Source: Eledone cirrhosa
Taxonomy: Eukaryota
Length of the DNA stretch: 64,000 bases
Reading direction: 5' to 3'
NCBI GenBank assembly: GCA_964016885.1
Contig: OZ024752.1
Span: 39,990,001 to 40,054,000, forward strand
Shown piece after piece: positions 1 through 63,310 of the stretch. Each line of letters starts with the position of its first letter. Within the stretch, counting starts at the first letter, position 1. The notes under the pieces were generated by a model that searched no databases, had not been told where the DNA came from, and saw nothing but the letters and a program-made list of their open reading frames with translations. The translations under genes were made by a program, and so were the position numbers.

Positions 1-102
1 ACTTTACATTGAAAGGGGCGGTGTGGATGGGGTGGAGGTGGTGGGACGGGAGGGTGTTTTGATAGAGATGCCTACTGACTGTAGTAGGTTTTTACTTTGT
101 AT

Positions 103-740
103 TTAGGTAAGGCGGGTCTTCTCTATTACTGAGTACCGCCAAAGGTCTCGGTCCAGTGACATTGTCTTGGAGAGGTGTAAGCGTGTGAGGTCGGAATTTA
201 TCAGCTCGTCCCATCTATCTTTATTGCCCTGCACTTTGTTATACAGCTGTCGTCTTTCATGCGCATCACGTGACCGTACCAACGTAGCCTTCTCTCGAGT
301 AAACAACATCTGATCCCTCTTATTTCTAATTTTTTCCTTAGTTCGTTTATGCTTTGCCGTTCACGTATATTACTATTGCACATCCAGCGGAGCATGCAAG
401 TTTCGTTCCTCTCTAGTCTGCATATATCCTCTGCACACAATGCCCAGGTCTCACTGCCATGCAGCATTGCTGTTCGTATGCAGGCATCGTATAACCTGCC
501 TTTCATTTTTAGGGAGAACCCTCTAGCGGCTAATAGTGGTATAAGCTCTCTGAACTTTTTCCATCCAGTTCTGACTCTAGCTACTGTACTTTCAGAGCAC
601 CCTCCCCCACTGCTGATTTTGTCACCCAGGTAACAGAAGCTGTCCACTATTTCTATAGAACCCTCTGCGCAGTTGAAGGAGCTAGTATTTTGTGGGCACT
701 TGCTGCTACTTATTGCACCAGAGCACCGGCCACATGTAAA
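103..740 (-). mobile_element. RTE-clade LINE fragment (RT C-terminus)
   Basis: FCYLGD...ARVRTGWKKFREL...LHGSETW...RRLRWYGHV. Confidence 0.9.
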
Positions 741-967
741 ATCTATACATACATATATATATAGTATTAAGGATACTATTTATGGTTATGTATATACTAA
801 AACTTTTTATTGTTATATATATTTTAAACCCTAAACAGTGAAGGTCAGTAATTTATTACTACCTTATTACCAGTAAGATAAATAGCTCAATGTAATAACA
901 TCAGTTGTTCTACAGAGCAGTTATATAGAATTCACAGGAATCAAAGATATGTTCAAACCATTTATTA

Positions 968-1012
968 GCTTACAGTTGTTTCATCCAAACTGAGGTTTGG
1001 AGTCTTCAGAGC
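968..1012 (-). ncRNA. minimal type I hammerhead ribozyme
   Basis: gct-CUGAAGA-c[tccaaac ctca gtttgga]t-GAAA-CAACTG-UA-agc; position 10.1/11.1 is mismatched. Confidence 0.65.
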
Positions 1013-1300
1013 ATTTTTCAATGTTTGTACACATACGTGACCTCCTTTCCAACGCAAGAGACATACAGATACATATGTATATATTGATGCAGGAGTTTAC
1101 ACTGTTGATCAATAATTTCTCACATGTATTCTTGGATGGTATTGGTATGTTCTTGGTTGACATAGGGAGTTGGTCTTTGATCAGCATACTGGCAATTTAT
1201 TGTATGTTAGCTCAACAGTATGGAGCAGTTAATACATATGTATCTGTATGTCTCTTGCGTTGGAAAGGAGGTCACGTATGTGTACAAACATTGAAAAAAT

Positions 1301-1345
1301 GCTCAGAAGACTCCAAACCTCGGTTTGGATGAAACAATTGTAAGC
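1301..1345 (+). ncRNA. hammerhead ribozyme copy with mutated core (CAGAAGA)
   Basis: Inverted partner of 968-1012, with palindromic stem III CAATTG. Confidence 0.5.
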
Positions 1346-1381
1346 TAATAAATGGTTTGAACATATCTTTGATTCCTGTGT

Positions 1382-1426
<45 letters not shown>

Positions 1427-2287
1427 CACAACTTCGAGCGATTAGCGGCCTCTAGACTCACCTGATCAATGAAACAATTGTTAATACCTGAAATAAAGCC
1501 CGTTGTTGTACAGCCAACCATGTTACTCTTCATTCTTTCACTATATATATATTGATTGATTGATTTATTGTTGTTAGGAAGGGTATCTAGCCATAGAAAA
1601 ACAGCCAGAAACCTATATTATGAGACACGGTCACCCAACCCAACTTGCCCCTAAAAGGAACAAACCCATCTAACCCATGCTAACGTGGAAGATAGTTGTT
1701 AATCGATGTTGATGATGATGATGTATATATACCATCATCATCATTTAGCATCCATTTTTCCATGCTGGCACAGGTTAGACAGGTTGCCCATATTGGGAGA
1801 CAAATCTGGCCAGAATTGGCCATGCCCTACCTTGCTCCAATGAGAACTGTAAATTTGGCCAGGGATTTTACAACTGGATGCCCTTCCTAACTACCAACCA
1901 CATTTATAGTGTGGAACTGGATGGCACCAATATGAGGAGAGACAGGCCAGCTATATATATATATGCTTTTGGAGAACACTAAGAGAAGACTGTATCAACA
2001 AGTGCAGCCAGCATCATCCAAACATCAAATAAATGTCCTATGTGATTATTATCCACAAATGCCTCCAAAAACAATAATGTGTTTTATGTGTAACTTATAG
2101 ATATAAAGTTATACAATGCAGTTAGAAATATGCTTAACCCTTTAGCACTTAAACCAGCCATATCCAGCCAGAATTCTCTCACCTCTTTCTGCTCAAACCT
2201 GACTGGCCACTCATACTGATGTTAAGGTATTGTTCTCAAAATGAATAACATCAAAATGTCATAGATTCAATATTATGGGAGATAATT

Positions 2288-2471
2288 ACTGTATTTCCCG
2301 GCGTCGAAGATGCTTCATCTTCGAGGACTCACACTAAATTTGACAACCAAAAATCAGAAAAAAAAAATAATACACATAAAAAATGCAGCCTTTGGCCTCC
2401 AGGACGCATGGTTGATTTTTCGAGACTTATTTTAGGAAAAAAGTAGCGTCTTCGACGCCAGGAAATATGGT
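2288..2471. mobile_element. pogo/Tc2-like MITE nested in a piggyBac MITE; second copy near 45272-45441
   Basis: TIRs ctgtatttcccggcgtcgaagatgc / gcgtcttcgacgccaggaaatatgg. Confidence 0.7.
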
Positions 2472-2619
2472 CGGTGAAATAAAGCCTTCACCATGCTAAA
2501 GAGTTAAACTGTTTGTTTGTTTTTTAATATTATTTAAAATTTGTTTATCTTTGTAATGATATCCAGTTCATACTGATTGTTAATACATTAATAAATTTGT
2601 CCATGCTATCTATTTACAG

Positions 2620-44117
<41,498 letters not shown>

Positions 44118-45080
44118 TTGCTCATTCTCTTTCAAGGACAATATTAAAATATGCTACAACTAATACAGTTATTTCCCCTGCCTCTAACTGAAAATTATTA
44201 ATGAAAATAAAATGAATATAAGTAAAAATTCCCCTCATTAAATGATAAAATAAGAACAAGACTTCCCTAATGTTTTGTGATCAACATAGCTTGAATTCCA
44301 TAAAATGTTTATATAAATATTTTTTTAATTTTAATTTTTTTTCTCTTTTGATAAAAAGTTAACATACATAACAGAATTAGTAACACCTTTCAATAATTTA
44401 TGACAAAAAATAAAGACTAAACTAAAAATAAACTTGGAATACAGACATCTATGAATATATTTAATACTCATGAGTGAACATAACAAATTTTTACTGAAAA
44501 GAAAATATTACCACCAATGAATATCAAGAGAATATCATTAAAGAAATATGTAGTTTTATAAAATTCTCTATTTTCTTTTTTAAAATCAATCGAATTCTAT
44601 AAAATGTCTTTTTTACCAGATCATGACCCTCTCTAAATATTGACCAGTTTTACTAATTATCTTCACCTTTCCATCACACTCAACAAGCTAGAGTGACTCC
44701 TGGCTGATGTCACATCTGGCAATGTAGTACTCAGCAGTGTATTTCACCATTCTTAGAAGAGATGTTGTGGAAATGATAAAACATTAAAAAACATTCATGC
44801 AAGATAGCAATCAACCCTATAAGACTAACTACAGTGTCAAATTCTAGAAACTACTATAATACTCATGATGATGTTAACTTTTTAAAATTTTGTGCTTCCA
44901 ATATTTTTATATCTTAAAACAAAGATTTACTTTTCAAAGTTATGTATAATTTTTTAAATTCAAGTTGTGATAATAATTGCAAACAAATAAATATATAAAA
45001 AGCTAATATATATTTTTAAAAGTCAAACCAACTGGTTCTTCTAGCATTTAAACTCTTGTTCTAAAAAAAAAAAAAAAAAA
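44118..45080 (+). other. probable 3' UTR with candidate AATAAA signals (e.g. 44986-44991)
   Basis: AT-rich stretch with no recognisable TE after the stop; several AATAAA; the true end is unknown. Confidence 0.4.
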
Positions 45081-46928
45081 CTAAAAAAAAATGAATTTTA
45101 AAAGTAACTCCACCTCTGTAAATATTTTCGAATCTGAGCAGATATCTGAAGTAAAAAAAAAATAGTACAATATGAAAATGTTAACATTTCTTTTATATAA
45201 TAAACAATTATAAAATAAACCTTTGATGTGTTGTTTTTTAATATATTGTAACCCTGGTTCAGACAGAAGTTGCCATATTTCCTGGCGCCAAAGACGCTTT
45301 GTCCTTGAGGACGCACCCTAATTTTGACAACCAAAAATTTGGGAAAAAATAATAAACAACCTTCGGCCTCCAAGATGCATGGTAGATTGTTTAGACTTAT
45401 TTTAGGAAAACAGTAGTGTCTTCGATGCCAGGAAAAATGGGTATTTTAAAATTGTGCTGGTGATCTACACAATAAAAGCACACAGTACACACTGTAGAGG
45501 ATAGTGATAAGAAGAGCATCCAGCTGTAGAAAGCTAACCAAACAAGGGGTTAGGAGGATCCTTCAGTTTGTGTCAAAAGCCATGACATCTTCTCCTCTGC
45601 ACTCAATAAAGACCATATGTAAAAGGATGATACAGAAAGCTCAGCCTGTCTGGGAAGACGGTAGCTCCATTTCAGTACTGACTTGATATATGGGTATACA
45701 CTGGTATCTTGACATACGAGTGTCCCAACTAACGAGTTTTTCGAGATATGAGTCGTCTCGCTGCTTTGAGTTATGAGCTAAAATTCAGGTTATGTCTACG
45801 CCATTTTTATTTAATTTAATAAAAATGGCGTAGACATTACAATATAATAGGAGGAAACATAATATTACCACTGATGATGTCAGAGGTGTGTGATAGTAGT
45901 TTCAGATGTTAAGGTCCTTTATTGATGATGCTGTGATACATATTTCAATGACAACAGTGAGTGTGTTGTGTTATTATGTCTGGCAATGTTATAACAACAT
46001 ATATATATATATATGTCCCAAATTGAAGGATGAGTATTTTAAACTTTATTTTATCATGAGTTAAGGCTCTATTGATTCTTCCCTGGATTTCACTAAATTC
46101 TGTTGGATGAATCTATATCCTGATTCTTTTTGAGTTGAGTTTGAATTATTTTTCCCACATCTTACATTAACTATTTTTCCCATTTTGACGCTATAGTCAC
46201 ATATATGTTATGGAATACTGTTAGCTTCTCGCTACAACAATTTCTATACTTTTCATTTATATATTTATACTCGGATTTCTTTCCTAGAGTGCTTAAATTA
46301 TTTGTGACTAATCCCGGTATTTTTTTATTAAAAAAACTGCGATAATATTGCTTTTTGCTGAACTCCTTATTGAAGAGTTTTTTTTCGGAATGTTTTTTTA
46401 CTGTTGTTTCTTGTAAACAAGCATTCGTCTCATTCTGACGTCACCAGCCCTGTCTTTCCACATGTGCGTTTTATTTTTCATAATCACGCATGATGGTGAA
46501 TTAGCCTGTTTTTAAATCCCTTTTTGGCATATTAACCAGTGAGAAATTTTGGTTATCGAGTTGAGCTTTGCTGAGGATCGAATTCCAACCGTGACCATCT
46601 CCACTGAAAGTTTTCGTGAAATAGTCATCAAGACTATACAGAGCATTTGTAGTTGTGCCAAATTGAAGGATAAGTACTTTAAACTTTATTTTATCATGAG
46701 TTAAGGCTCTTGATTTTTCCCTGGATTTCACTAAATTCTGTGGATGAATTTATATCCTAATTCTCTTTGAGATGAGTTTGAATTATTTTTCCCACATCTT
46801 ACGTTAACTATTTTTCCCATTTTGAAGCTATAGTCGCATATATGTTATGGAATACTGTTAGCTTCTCGCTACAACAATTTCTATACCTTTCATTTATACA
46901 TATATAATATATATATATATACATATAT

Positions 46929-46974
<46 letters not shown>

Positions 46975-47049
46975 TATATACATATATATATACATATAAT
47001 ATATATATATATATACACATATATATATATACATATATAATATATACAT

Positions 47050-47380
47050 ATTCGTAGAGACCTGAAAATCCGCCTCTTCATTGCTGTAGTGGAGTCTGTG
47101 CTGCTGTATGGGTCTGAGACTTGGACACTGACCAAGAAACTCACTCAGATGGTGAATGGGTGCTACACGAGAATGCTGTGGATGTCTCTGAACATTAATC
47201 AGTATACACAGAGGATGAAACACTCAGAGCTGTATGGGAGGCTGACGTATGTTGATGCCCTAAGGTCAGACACTGGTCTGTTGGAGACGCAGGACATGGC
47301 AGCGATAATGAGGGACAGAGACCGCTGGAGAGAACTCGTCCATGGATCTTGGGAATTTTACCCGCCTTAGATAGATAGAT
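47050..47380 (+). mobile_element. RTE-like LINE 3' fragment in (TA)n
   Basis: ESVLLYGSETWTL...YTRML...DRDRWR, then an (AGAT)n tail. Confidence 0.8.
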
Positions 47381-47446
47381 ATATACATATATATCTATAT
47401 ACATACATACATATATACATACATATATACATATCTATATATATAC

Positions 47447-47631
<185 letters not shown>

Positions 47632-47635
47632 CACA

Positions 47636-47723
<88 letters not shown>

Positions 47724-47738
47724 CATATATATATACAC

Positions 47739-47977
<239 letters not shown>

Positions 47978-48918
47978 ACTTTGAATAACTTTGAAATGTT
48001 TTGGCCAGTATTGGCCCAGGCCATGTCTAACTTAATAGCACCACCTGGCGAAGTCTTTCAATTCAGGATTTGGGCACCATGGCCCATTCGAGAAGAGAAT
48101 TACTGTTTGCGGAGACATATCCGGGTGTGGGTGGTTTGTCCGGGATTACTTGGAGGAATTTGTCCAAAGACTTCTTGAATTTTGTGTGGTCAGTTTATGT
48201 TTTGACGTGTCCTGGTGTGATGTTGAAGAGAGCAGGGCCGATTGAGGTGAAATAATTGTGCCGTATTGTTGTTATGAGTTGCGATTTAGATTTTTGAATG
48301 GGATGGATAGCACGGGGCCCAAGCCTTGGGTGTATCTTGAAGGCGATGCCAACATCATTTGGGCAGTGATGATGGAACATTTTCCACATCATGCAGATAA
48401 TATAACGCTCACGGCGACGTTGGAGTGAGTAAAGTTTCAGGTTTTCTAGTCGACCCTAGTAGTCAAGGTCTGACATGCCATCTATCTTTTTCGTGATTGC
48501 CCTTTGAGGAGCTTCAAGTTTCATGATACTTTGTTTCGTGTGGGGAGACCACAGTGGACAACAGTATTCAAGGTGTGGTCGGGCAAAAGTAGAGAAGAGA
48601 AGGATAATGGTGTGGGAATCTCTCGACTGGAAGGTTCTGAGGATCCAGGAACACATTCTGCGGGCCATGTCAACTTTGCTGCTTATATGCGTGGTCCAGC
48701 TTATGTTGCTGTCCACGGTTACTCCCAAGTCTCTGATGTTGTTAGATGCCACGAGAGTTTCCCCGGAGGGAAGGGAGTACGGGAGTTTCAGAGCATCCTC
48801 TTTTCCAAAGTGGATCAGTTCGAATTTGTCTTCGTTCAGTAACATGTTGTTCTTTTCCGCCCATTGGGTAACAGCCAGTAGGTCTGACTGAAGGCTTATC
48901 CGGTCATCCACGCCATTG
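47978..48918 (-). mobile_element. CR1-group LINE 3' fragment in (TA)n
   Basis: LQSDL..W....[31 protein letters not shown]; in-frame stop. Confidence 0.85.
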
Positions 48919-49106
48919 ATATACATATATATACATATATACATATATATATACATATATATATATATATACATATATATACATACATATATATACATAT
49001 ATATACATACATATATATATATATACATACATATATATATATATATATACATACATATATATATATATACATACATATATATATATAGATACATATATAT
49101 ATATAG

Positions 49107-49173
<67 letters not shown>

Positions 49174-49220
49174 CATATATATATATACATATATATATAC
49201 ATACATATATATATACATAC

Positions 49221-49253
<33 letters not shown>

Positions 49254-49290
49254 CATACATATATATATATATACATACATATATATATAC

Positions 49291-49321
<31 letters not shown>

Positions 49322-49476
49322 CATATATATATATATACATATATATATACATATATATATACATATATATATATATACATATATATATACATATATATAT
49401 ATACATATATATATACATATATATATATATACATATATATATGCATATATATATATATATATACATATATATATAC

Positions 49477-49507
<31 letters not shown>

Positions 49508-49729
49508 CAATTAAGTTAAAAATGTACATCTACATATGCATACTGAAATACTAGCATGCATATGAATACACACACGTATACATATGTAGATGTACCAAGT
49601 CTTTCACTGGTTACTTTACTGTGAGTATCCAGCTAATCTGTATGTAAACACACAGACAAACCGGTTTTTAGAGTCATACTGGTTTTTGCGGAAACACCTT
49701 TCCTCTATTCTCCAGAAAGCCAGACAAGG

Positions 49730-49774
49730 AATATTGAACTAGTTTCGTTGTTGTTACAACTCATCAGCAATATT
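49730..49774 (-). ncRNA. minimal type I hammerhead ribozyme (intact)
   Basis: AATATTG-CUGAUGA-[GTTG taacaa CAAC]-GAAA-CTAG-UU-CAATATT; 7-bp stem I. Confidence 0.88.
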
Positions 49775-50196
49775 TACCTATCTACCGGCCTTTCTGGAGA
49801 ATCGTAAAAGCACATATCGTTATATGCCTTTTCTATGAAAATTAGTAGTGGGCAGACTAATTTGCATAGAGTGTGAGTACGTACCGGTTCAACGGAGACG
49901 ATAAAAAACAAATAACGAAACGAAATTAAATTTCGTTTCGTTTGTAACTCACTTTTGTATGACTGACGCTTAAACAATTAAGTTAAAAATGTACATCTAC
50001 ATATGCATACTGAAATACTAGTATGCATATGAATACACACACGTATACATATGTAGATGTACCAAGTCTTTCACTGGTTACTTTACTGTGAGTATCCAGC
50101 TATTCTGTATGTAAACAAACAGACAAACCGGTTTTTAGAGTCATACTGGTTTTTGCGGAAACACCTTTCCTCTATTCACCAGAAAGCCAGACAAGG

Positions 50197-50241
50197 AATA
50201 TTGAACTAGTTTCGTTGTTGTTACAACTCATCAGCAATATT
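50197..50241 (-). ncRNA. minimal type I hammerhead ribozyme (intact), 467 bp from the previous copy
   Basis: Identical to 49730-49774. Confidence 0.88.
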
Positions 50242-50608
50242 TACCTATCTACCGGCCTTTCTGGAGAATCGTAAAAGCACATATCGTTATATGCCTTTTC
50301 TATGTAACCAGTGAAAGACTTGGTACATCTACATATGTATACGTGTGTGTATTCATATGCATACTAGTATTTCAGTATGCATATGTAGATGTACATTTTT
50401 AACTTAATTGTTTAAGCGTCAGTCATACAAAAGTGAGTTACAAACGAAACGAAATTTAATTTCGTTTCGTTATTTGTTTTTATCGTCTCCGTTGAACCGG
50501 TACGTACTCACACTCTATGCAAATTAGTCTGCCCACTACTAATTTTCATAGAAAAGCATATAACGATATGTGCTTTTACGATTCTCCAGAAAGGCCGGTA
50601 GATAGGTA

Positions 50609-50653
50609 AATATTGCTGATGTGTTGTAACAACAACGAAACTAGTTCAATATT
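50609..50653 (+). ncRNA. hammerhead ribozyme copy with core mutation (CUGAUGU)
   Basis: Inverted copy of the same motif with an A9->U substitution. Confidence 0.65.
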
Positions 50654-51023
50654 CCTTGTCTGGCTTTCTGGAGAATAGAGGAAAGGTGTTTCCTCAAATA
50701 CCAGTATGACTCTAAAAACCGGTTTGTCTGTGTGTTTACATACAGAATAGCTGGATACTCACAGTAAAGTAACCAGTGAAAGACTTGGTACATCTACATA
50801 TGTATACGTGTGTGTATTCATATGCATACTAGTATTTCAGTATGCATATGTAGATGTACATTTTTAACTTAATTGTTTAAGCGTCAGTCATACAAAAGTG
50901 AGTTACAAACGAAACGAAATTTAATTTCGTTTCGTTATTTGTTTTTATATATATACATATATATATATATACATATATATATATAAATATATATATATAT
51001 TACATATATATATATATATATAC

Positions 51024-51100
<77 letters not shown>

Positions 51101-51135
51101 ATAAATAACAAAGAACGCTTATAGCATATGCATAT

Positions 51136-51193
51136 CTTTACTTGCTAACATTGTTTCATCCGCACTATAAGTGGGACTCATCAGAGCATAAAG
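51136..51193 (-). ncRNA. minimal type I hammerhead ribozyme
   Basis: Reverse complement of 53212-53269. Confidence 0.78.
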
Positions 51194-52537
51194 GTTAATT
51201 ACATACCATACAAGCAATAACAAATCCAAGACATTGAAGAATGAAAGGTAATAATAGACGATAAAGGATAAGAATAAAAATAAAAGTAAAAATAAAGATA
51301 AAAATAAAAATAAGGGGTGCTATCAGTCACAGTTGGGCGGGGTGCTGTCAACATATAGTTACATACAAGCATACACATGGATAAGAGAACAGACAAGAGT
51401 AGACACATGGATAAGAGAACAGACAAGAGTAGATAAGATAATGGGATTAGGTAAGAGTAGGTAAAAAATAGGTGAAAAACAGACTTATAATATATATAAA
51501 TAAGAAAATATAAAGAAATACATAACAAACTTACATATAAGATATAGGGTAAGGAATGAGATAAAATAATATAAAATTAAAATTAAAAATTATATACATA
51601 GAACATAATATAATATAATCGTAAAATAAGATAAAATAAGGTAAACTAAACTCGAATCGGTCAATGGCACGTGCAGACATGAATATCTCCGTAGGATTTC
51701 AACTTTATTTTACTAAATCTCATCGTATGTATTTGTTTTGAATATATTACCTGTGGTGGTGGGTCTGGTCTAATGTGGTATTTCGGTGTTTAATATCGGC
51801 TTTGACCCGGGTGTCCTACGCTGCGTGTGTGTCCGTGTATACATTTATATGTGTATGGGTGTAGGTGGTTATATGTGTCTGTATATATAAAAAAAAATAT
51901 ATATATATATATGTATACCGTCTCTGCATATGCATGTGGTGTGTATACGTGCATATACGTGCTGAACATATTGATGTGTACAATCTTGTGATGTCCCAAT
52001 GCTGTGACTTAATGGCTCTTGAAGCTATTTTTATATATCTTCTGTCTTTTTATATATATTTTGTATGCGCTACAACTGTGTCTGCTTGCTTTAACCCGCC
52101 TCACCTCGCTTGCTAATGCACGTGAATTCTTCTACCTCCTTCGATGCACCTCTCTCTGACCATTGGACTCCTGCCCGTGTGTGAACCGGTTTGTGACTAC
52201 CCCACCGCTCAACTGTGTGAATGCACACCCATGACTTTCGAGTGAACTTTCGAGACTGCCCAACCTGGGACGCCCCCATTGCCTTGCAATGGTCAAGTGA
52301 TACTGGTGACTGTGACACTTAGTGCCTTCGTGGGCCCCTGATGTTTTCAAGAAATATATTTTAAAAAATTGGTCAAGTGATACACATAACTGTGACACTT
52401 AGTGCCTTCGTGGGCCCTGATATATTCAAGAGATATATTCTAAAAAAATATATATCTTATCTCAATTTACTTTATTTCATTTTATTTTATTTCATTTCAT
52501 GTTATCTAATTTTATTTATTTACTTATTTGACTCCAT

Positions 52538-52569
<32 letters not shown>

Positions 52570-53211
52570 ATTTAAATTTTAATTTTAATTTTAAAATTTA
52601 AATTTTAATTTTATTTATTTATTTAATTTTTATTTATTTATTTATTTATTTATTTAATTACATTTAATTACATTTAATTATACATTTAATTATATCTTAT
52701 ATTATATTATTTTAATTTAGTCTATGTTATTTGATTTTAGTTTACCTTATTTTATCTTATTTTACGATTATATTATATTATGTTCTATGTATATAATTTT
52801 TAATTTTAATTTTATATTATTTTATCTCATTCCTTACCCTATATTTTATATGTAAGTTTGTTATGTATTTCTTTGTATTTCTTTATATTTTCTTATTTAT
52901 ATATATTATAAGTCTGTTTTTCACCTATTTTTTACCTATTTTTTACCTACTCTTACCTAATCCCATTATCTTATCTACTCTTGTCTGTTCTCTTATCCAT
53001 GTGTCTACTCTTGTCTGTTCTCTTATCCATGTGTATGCTTGTATGTAACTATATGTTGACAGCACCCCGCCCAACTGTGACTGATAGCACCCCTTATTTT
53101 TATTTTTATCTTTATTTTTACTTTTATTTTTATTCTTATCCTTTATCGTCTATTATTACCTTTCATTCTTCAATGTCTTGGATTTGTTATTGCTTGTATG
53201 GTATAATTAAC

Positions 53212-53269
53212 CTTTATGCTCTGATGAGTCCCACTTATAGTGCGGATGAAACAATGTTAGCAAGTAAAG
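53212..53269 (+). ncRNA. minimal type I hammerhead ribozyme
   Basis: cttta-tgct-CUGAUGA-[gtcc cact tat agtg c ggat]-GAAA-CAATG-UU-agca-ag-taaag. Confidence 0.78.
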
Positions 53270-53399
53270 ATATGCATATGCTATAAGCGTTCTTTGTTAT
53301 TTATTATATTACGGCTCTGTCCTCAGACATTGAGCTAACCTCATACTGCCTGCTGGATAAGTGGAGTGTTATACACCCCTGATCCTTTCCCTAGCATAC

Positions 53400-53517
<118 letters not shown>

Positions 53518-53636
53518 CACACATATATATATATATACACATATATATATATATATACACATATATATATATATATACACACATATATATATATATACAC
53601 ATATATATATATATATACACATATATATATATATAT

Positions 53637-53725
<89 letters not shown>

Positions 53726-53744
53726 TATATACATATATATATAC

Positions 53745-53781
<37 letters not shown>

Positions 53782-53783
53782 CA

Positions 53784-53815
<32 letters not shown>

Positions 53816-53849
53816 CATATATATGATACATACATATATATATATATAC

Positions 53850-55169
53850 ATACAAAAAAAATATGGTCATCAGAACTGTCAGCATACAACAAATACATTG
53901 CCCACAATACTTATGCTGTGCCAATTCTAACGCCAACATTTGGCCTACTGAACTGGTCATTGCAAGAACTAAGTGAGATGGATGTTAGAACTCGAAAACT
54001 TCTCAGTGTTACTGGAACTTTAACATCAATGGTGATGTGGATAGGCTATACTTCTCACGCAAGAAGGTGGCCGGGGTCTAAAATCAATATTAACAACATA
54101 TGAGACCCGGATAGTGACACTGAAGCAACACCTTCAACAGAGGAAAAAGGTTGGCAACCATCTTGCCCAGGTTTATGAGCATGAAAAAAGAAATATGATT
54201 AGAATAGCGACTGATCTGGAGGAGAGATATGGAATAAAGCCTGATATAAATCTCTCACCCAGAGAAATCGGAAGATCCTATTCAATGTTCAAACAAGATA
54301 AAAAAATTGACCAATTTACAGAGAAAGTTGTGCATGGATACTTGAGGCGTAAACACAGACCATAGAGGGGATAAACCACTCAAAAAGCCTGGCATGGAGT
54401 TCCGACAAGTTTATGACATCACACCTTGAGGGATATCTCTATGCAATACAGGAACAAGAACTCCCTACCAAATATCTGCTGCACAAAAGAGGAGGGCCAG
54501 CAGCTGACAATAAATGTAGGCTATGTAAAACAAAGATCGAGGATATGTAAGCCACATTGTTGCCAGCTGCGAAAGAATGTCATCTCGCTACTACCTCCCC
54601 CATGAGACATGATGGGATAGCTAGAACTATCTGGAACGCACTTCGGAAAACAAAATTAACAACAAACGAGGAAGAATATATTGAGACAGATGGCACTAAG
54701 GAATACTGGTGGAACCTGAAAATAAAAACTGCCACCAAATTAAAGCACAACCTGCCTGATATTGTAGTTGGGGACCACACATTTGAAAACGTGTTCTGTT
54801 GTGGAGATCAGCTGCCCACTTGATGTAAACGTTGTCAGAAAAATACAGGAGAAGGAGGACATCTACGGACCATTGATGAGGAGTTTACAAATCCAGTATC
54901 CAAGATACACCTTTAGCTTCATACCCATCATTATTGGTGCTACGGGTTATATACCACCCGCTTTGGACCAAAGTATGACCGAACTTGGATTTGCGGACAA
55001 AAAGGAAGCTCCCTAATTCATAGTCTACAATGGCTGCGATAGCTGGCACCTTCAAATTTGCAAAACATTCTTGCGATTCAAGGGATGACAATTTCTTTTC
55101 TTTTACAACCTTGCCACCAGGAAGGTGGGCCGGTCAAAAAACTATACTCGAAATTAAGAGAAAGAGAAA

Positions 55170-55170
<1 letters not shown>
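53850..55170 (+). mobile_element. R4/Dong-like non-LTR retrotransposon 3' fragment with restriction-like endonuclease
   Basis: AIQEQ, CRLC...H....C knuckle, RHD, PDIVV, VEISCP and PIIIGATG across frameshifts. Confidence 0.85.
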
Positions 55171-63268
<8,098 letters not shown>

Positions 63269-63310
63269 ACGATATTAAACAAATGGAAACTATATTTATA
63301 AAACCATATT

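Larger units (their letters stand above)
922..1391. mobile_element. fold-back element, probable Penelope-like (PLE) deletion derivative
   Basis: Inverted arms of about 160 bp, each with a hammerhead motif; the spacer reads STKNIPIPSK on the minus strand; TA-flanked. Confidence 0.6.
49507..50947. mobile_element. retrozyme-like 467-bp tandem/inverted array
   Basis: About 1.7 units on the minus strand, an inversion junction near 50305, then about 1.4 units on the plus strand; three hammerheads; flanked by (TA)n. Confidence 0.75.
51099..53306. mobile_element. large fold-back element with hammerhead-tipped arms
   Basis: Arms 51099-51650 and 52736-53306 are near-identical inverted copies around a spacer of about 1.1 kb. 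Confidence 0.7.

Noticed and set aside
1430-1500. GAAACAATTGTT resembling a hammerhead 3' half
   Set aside because: No intact upstream core or stem II.
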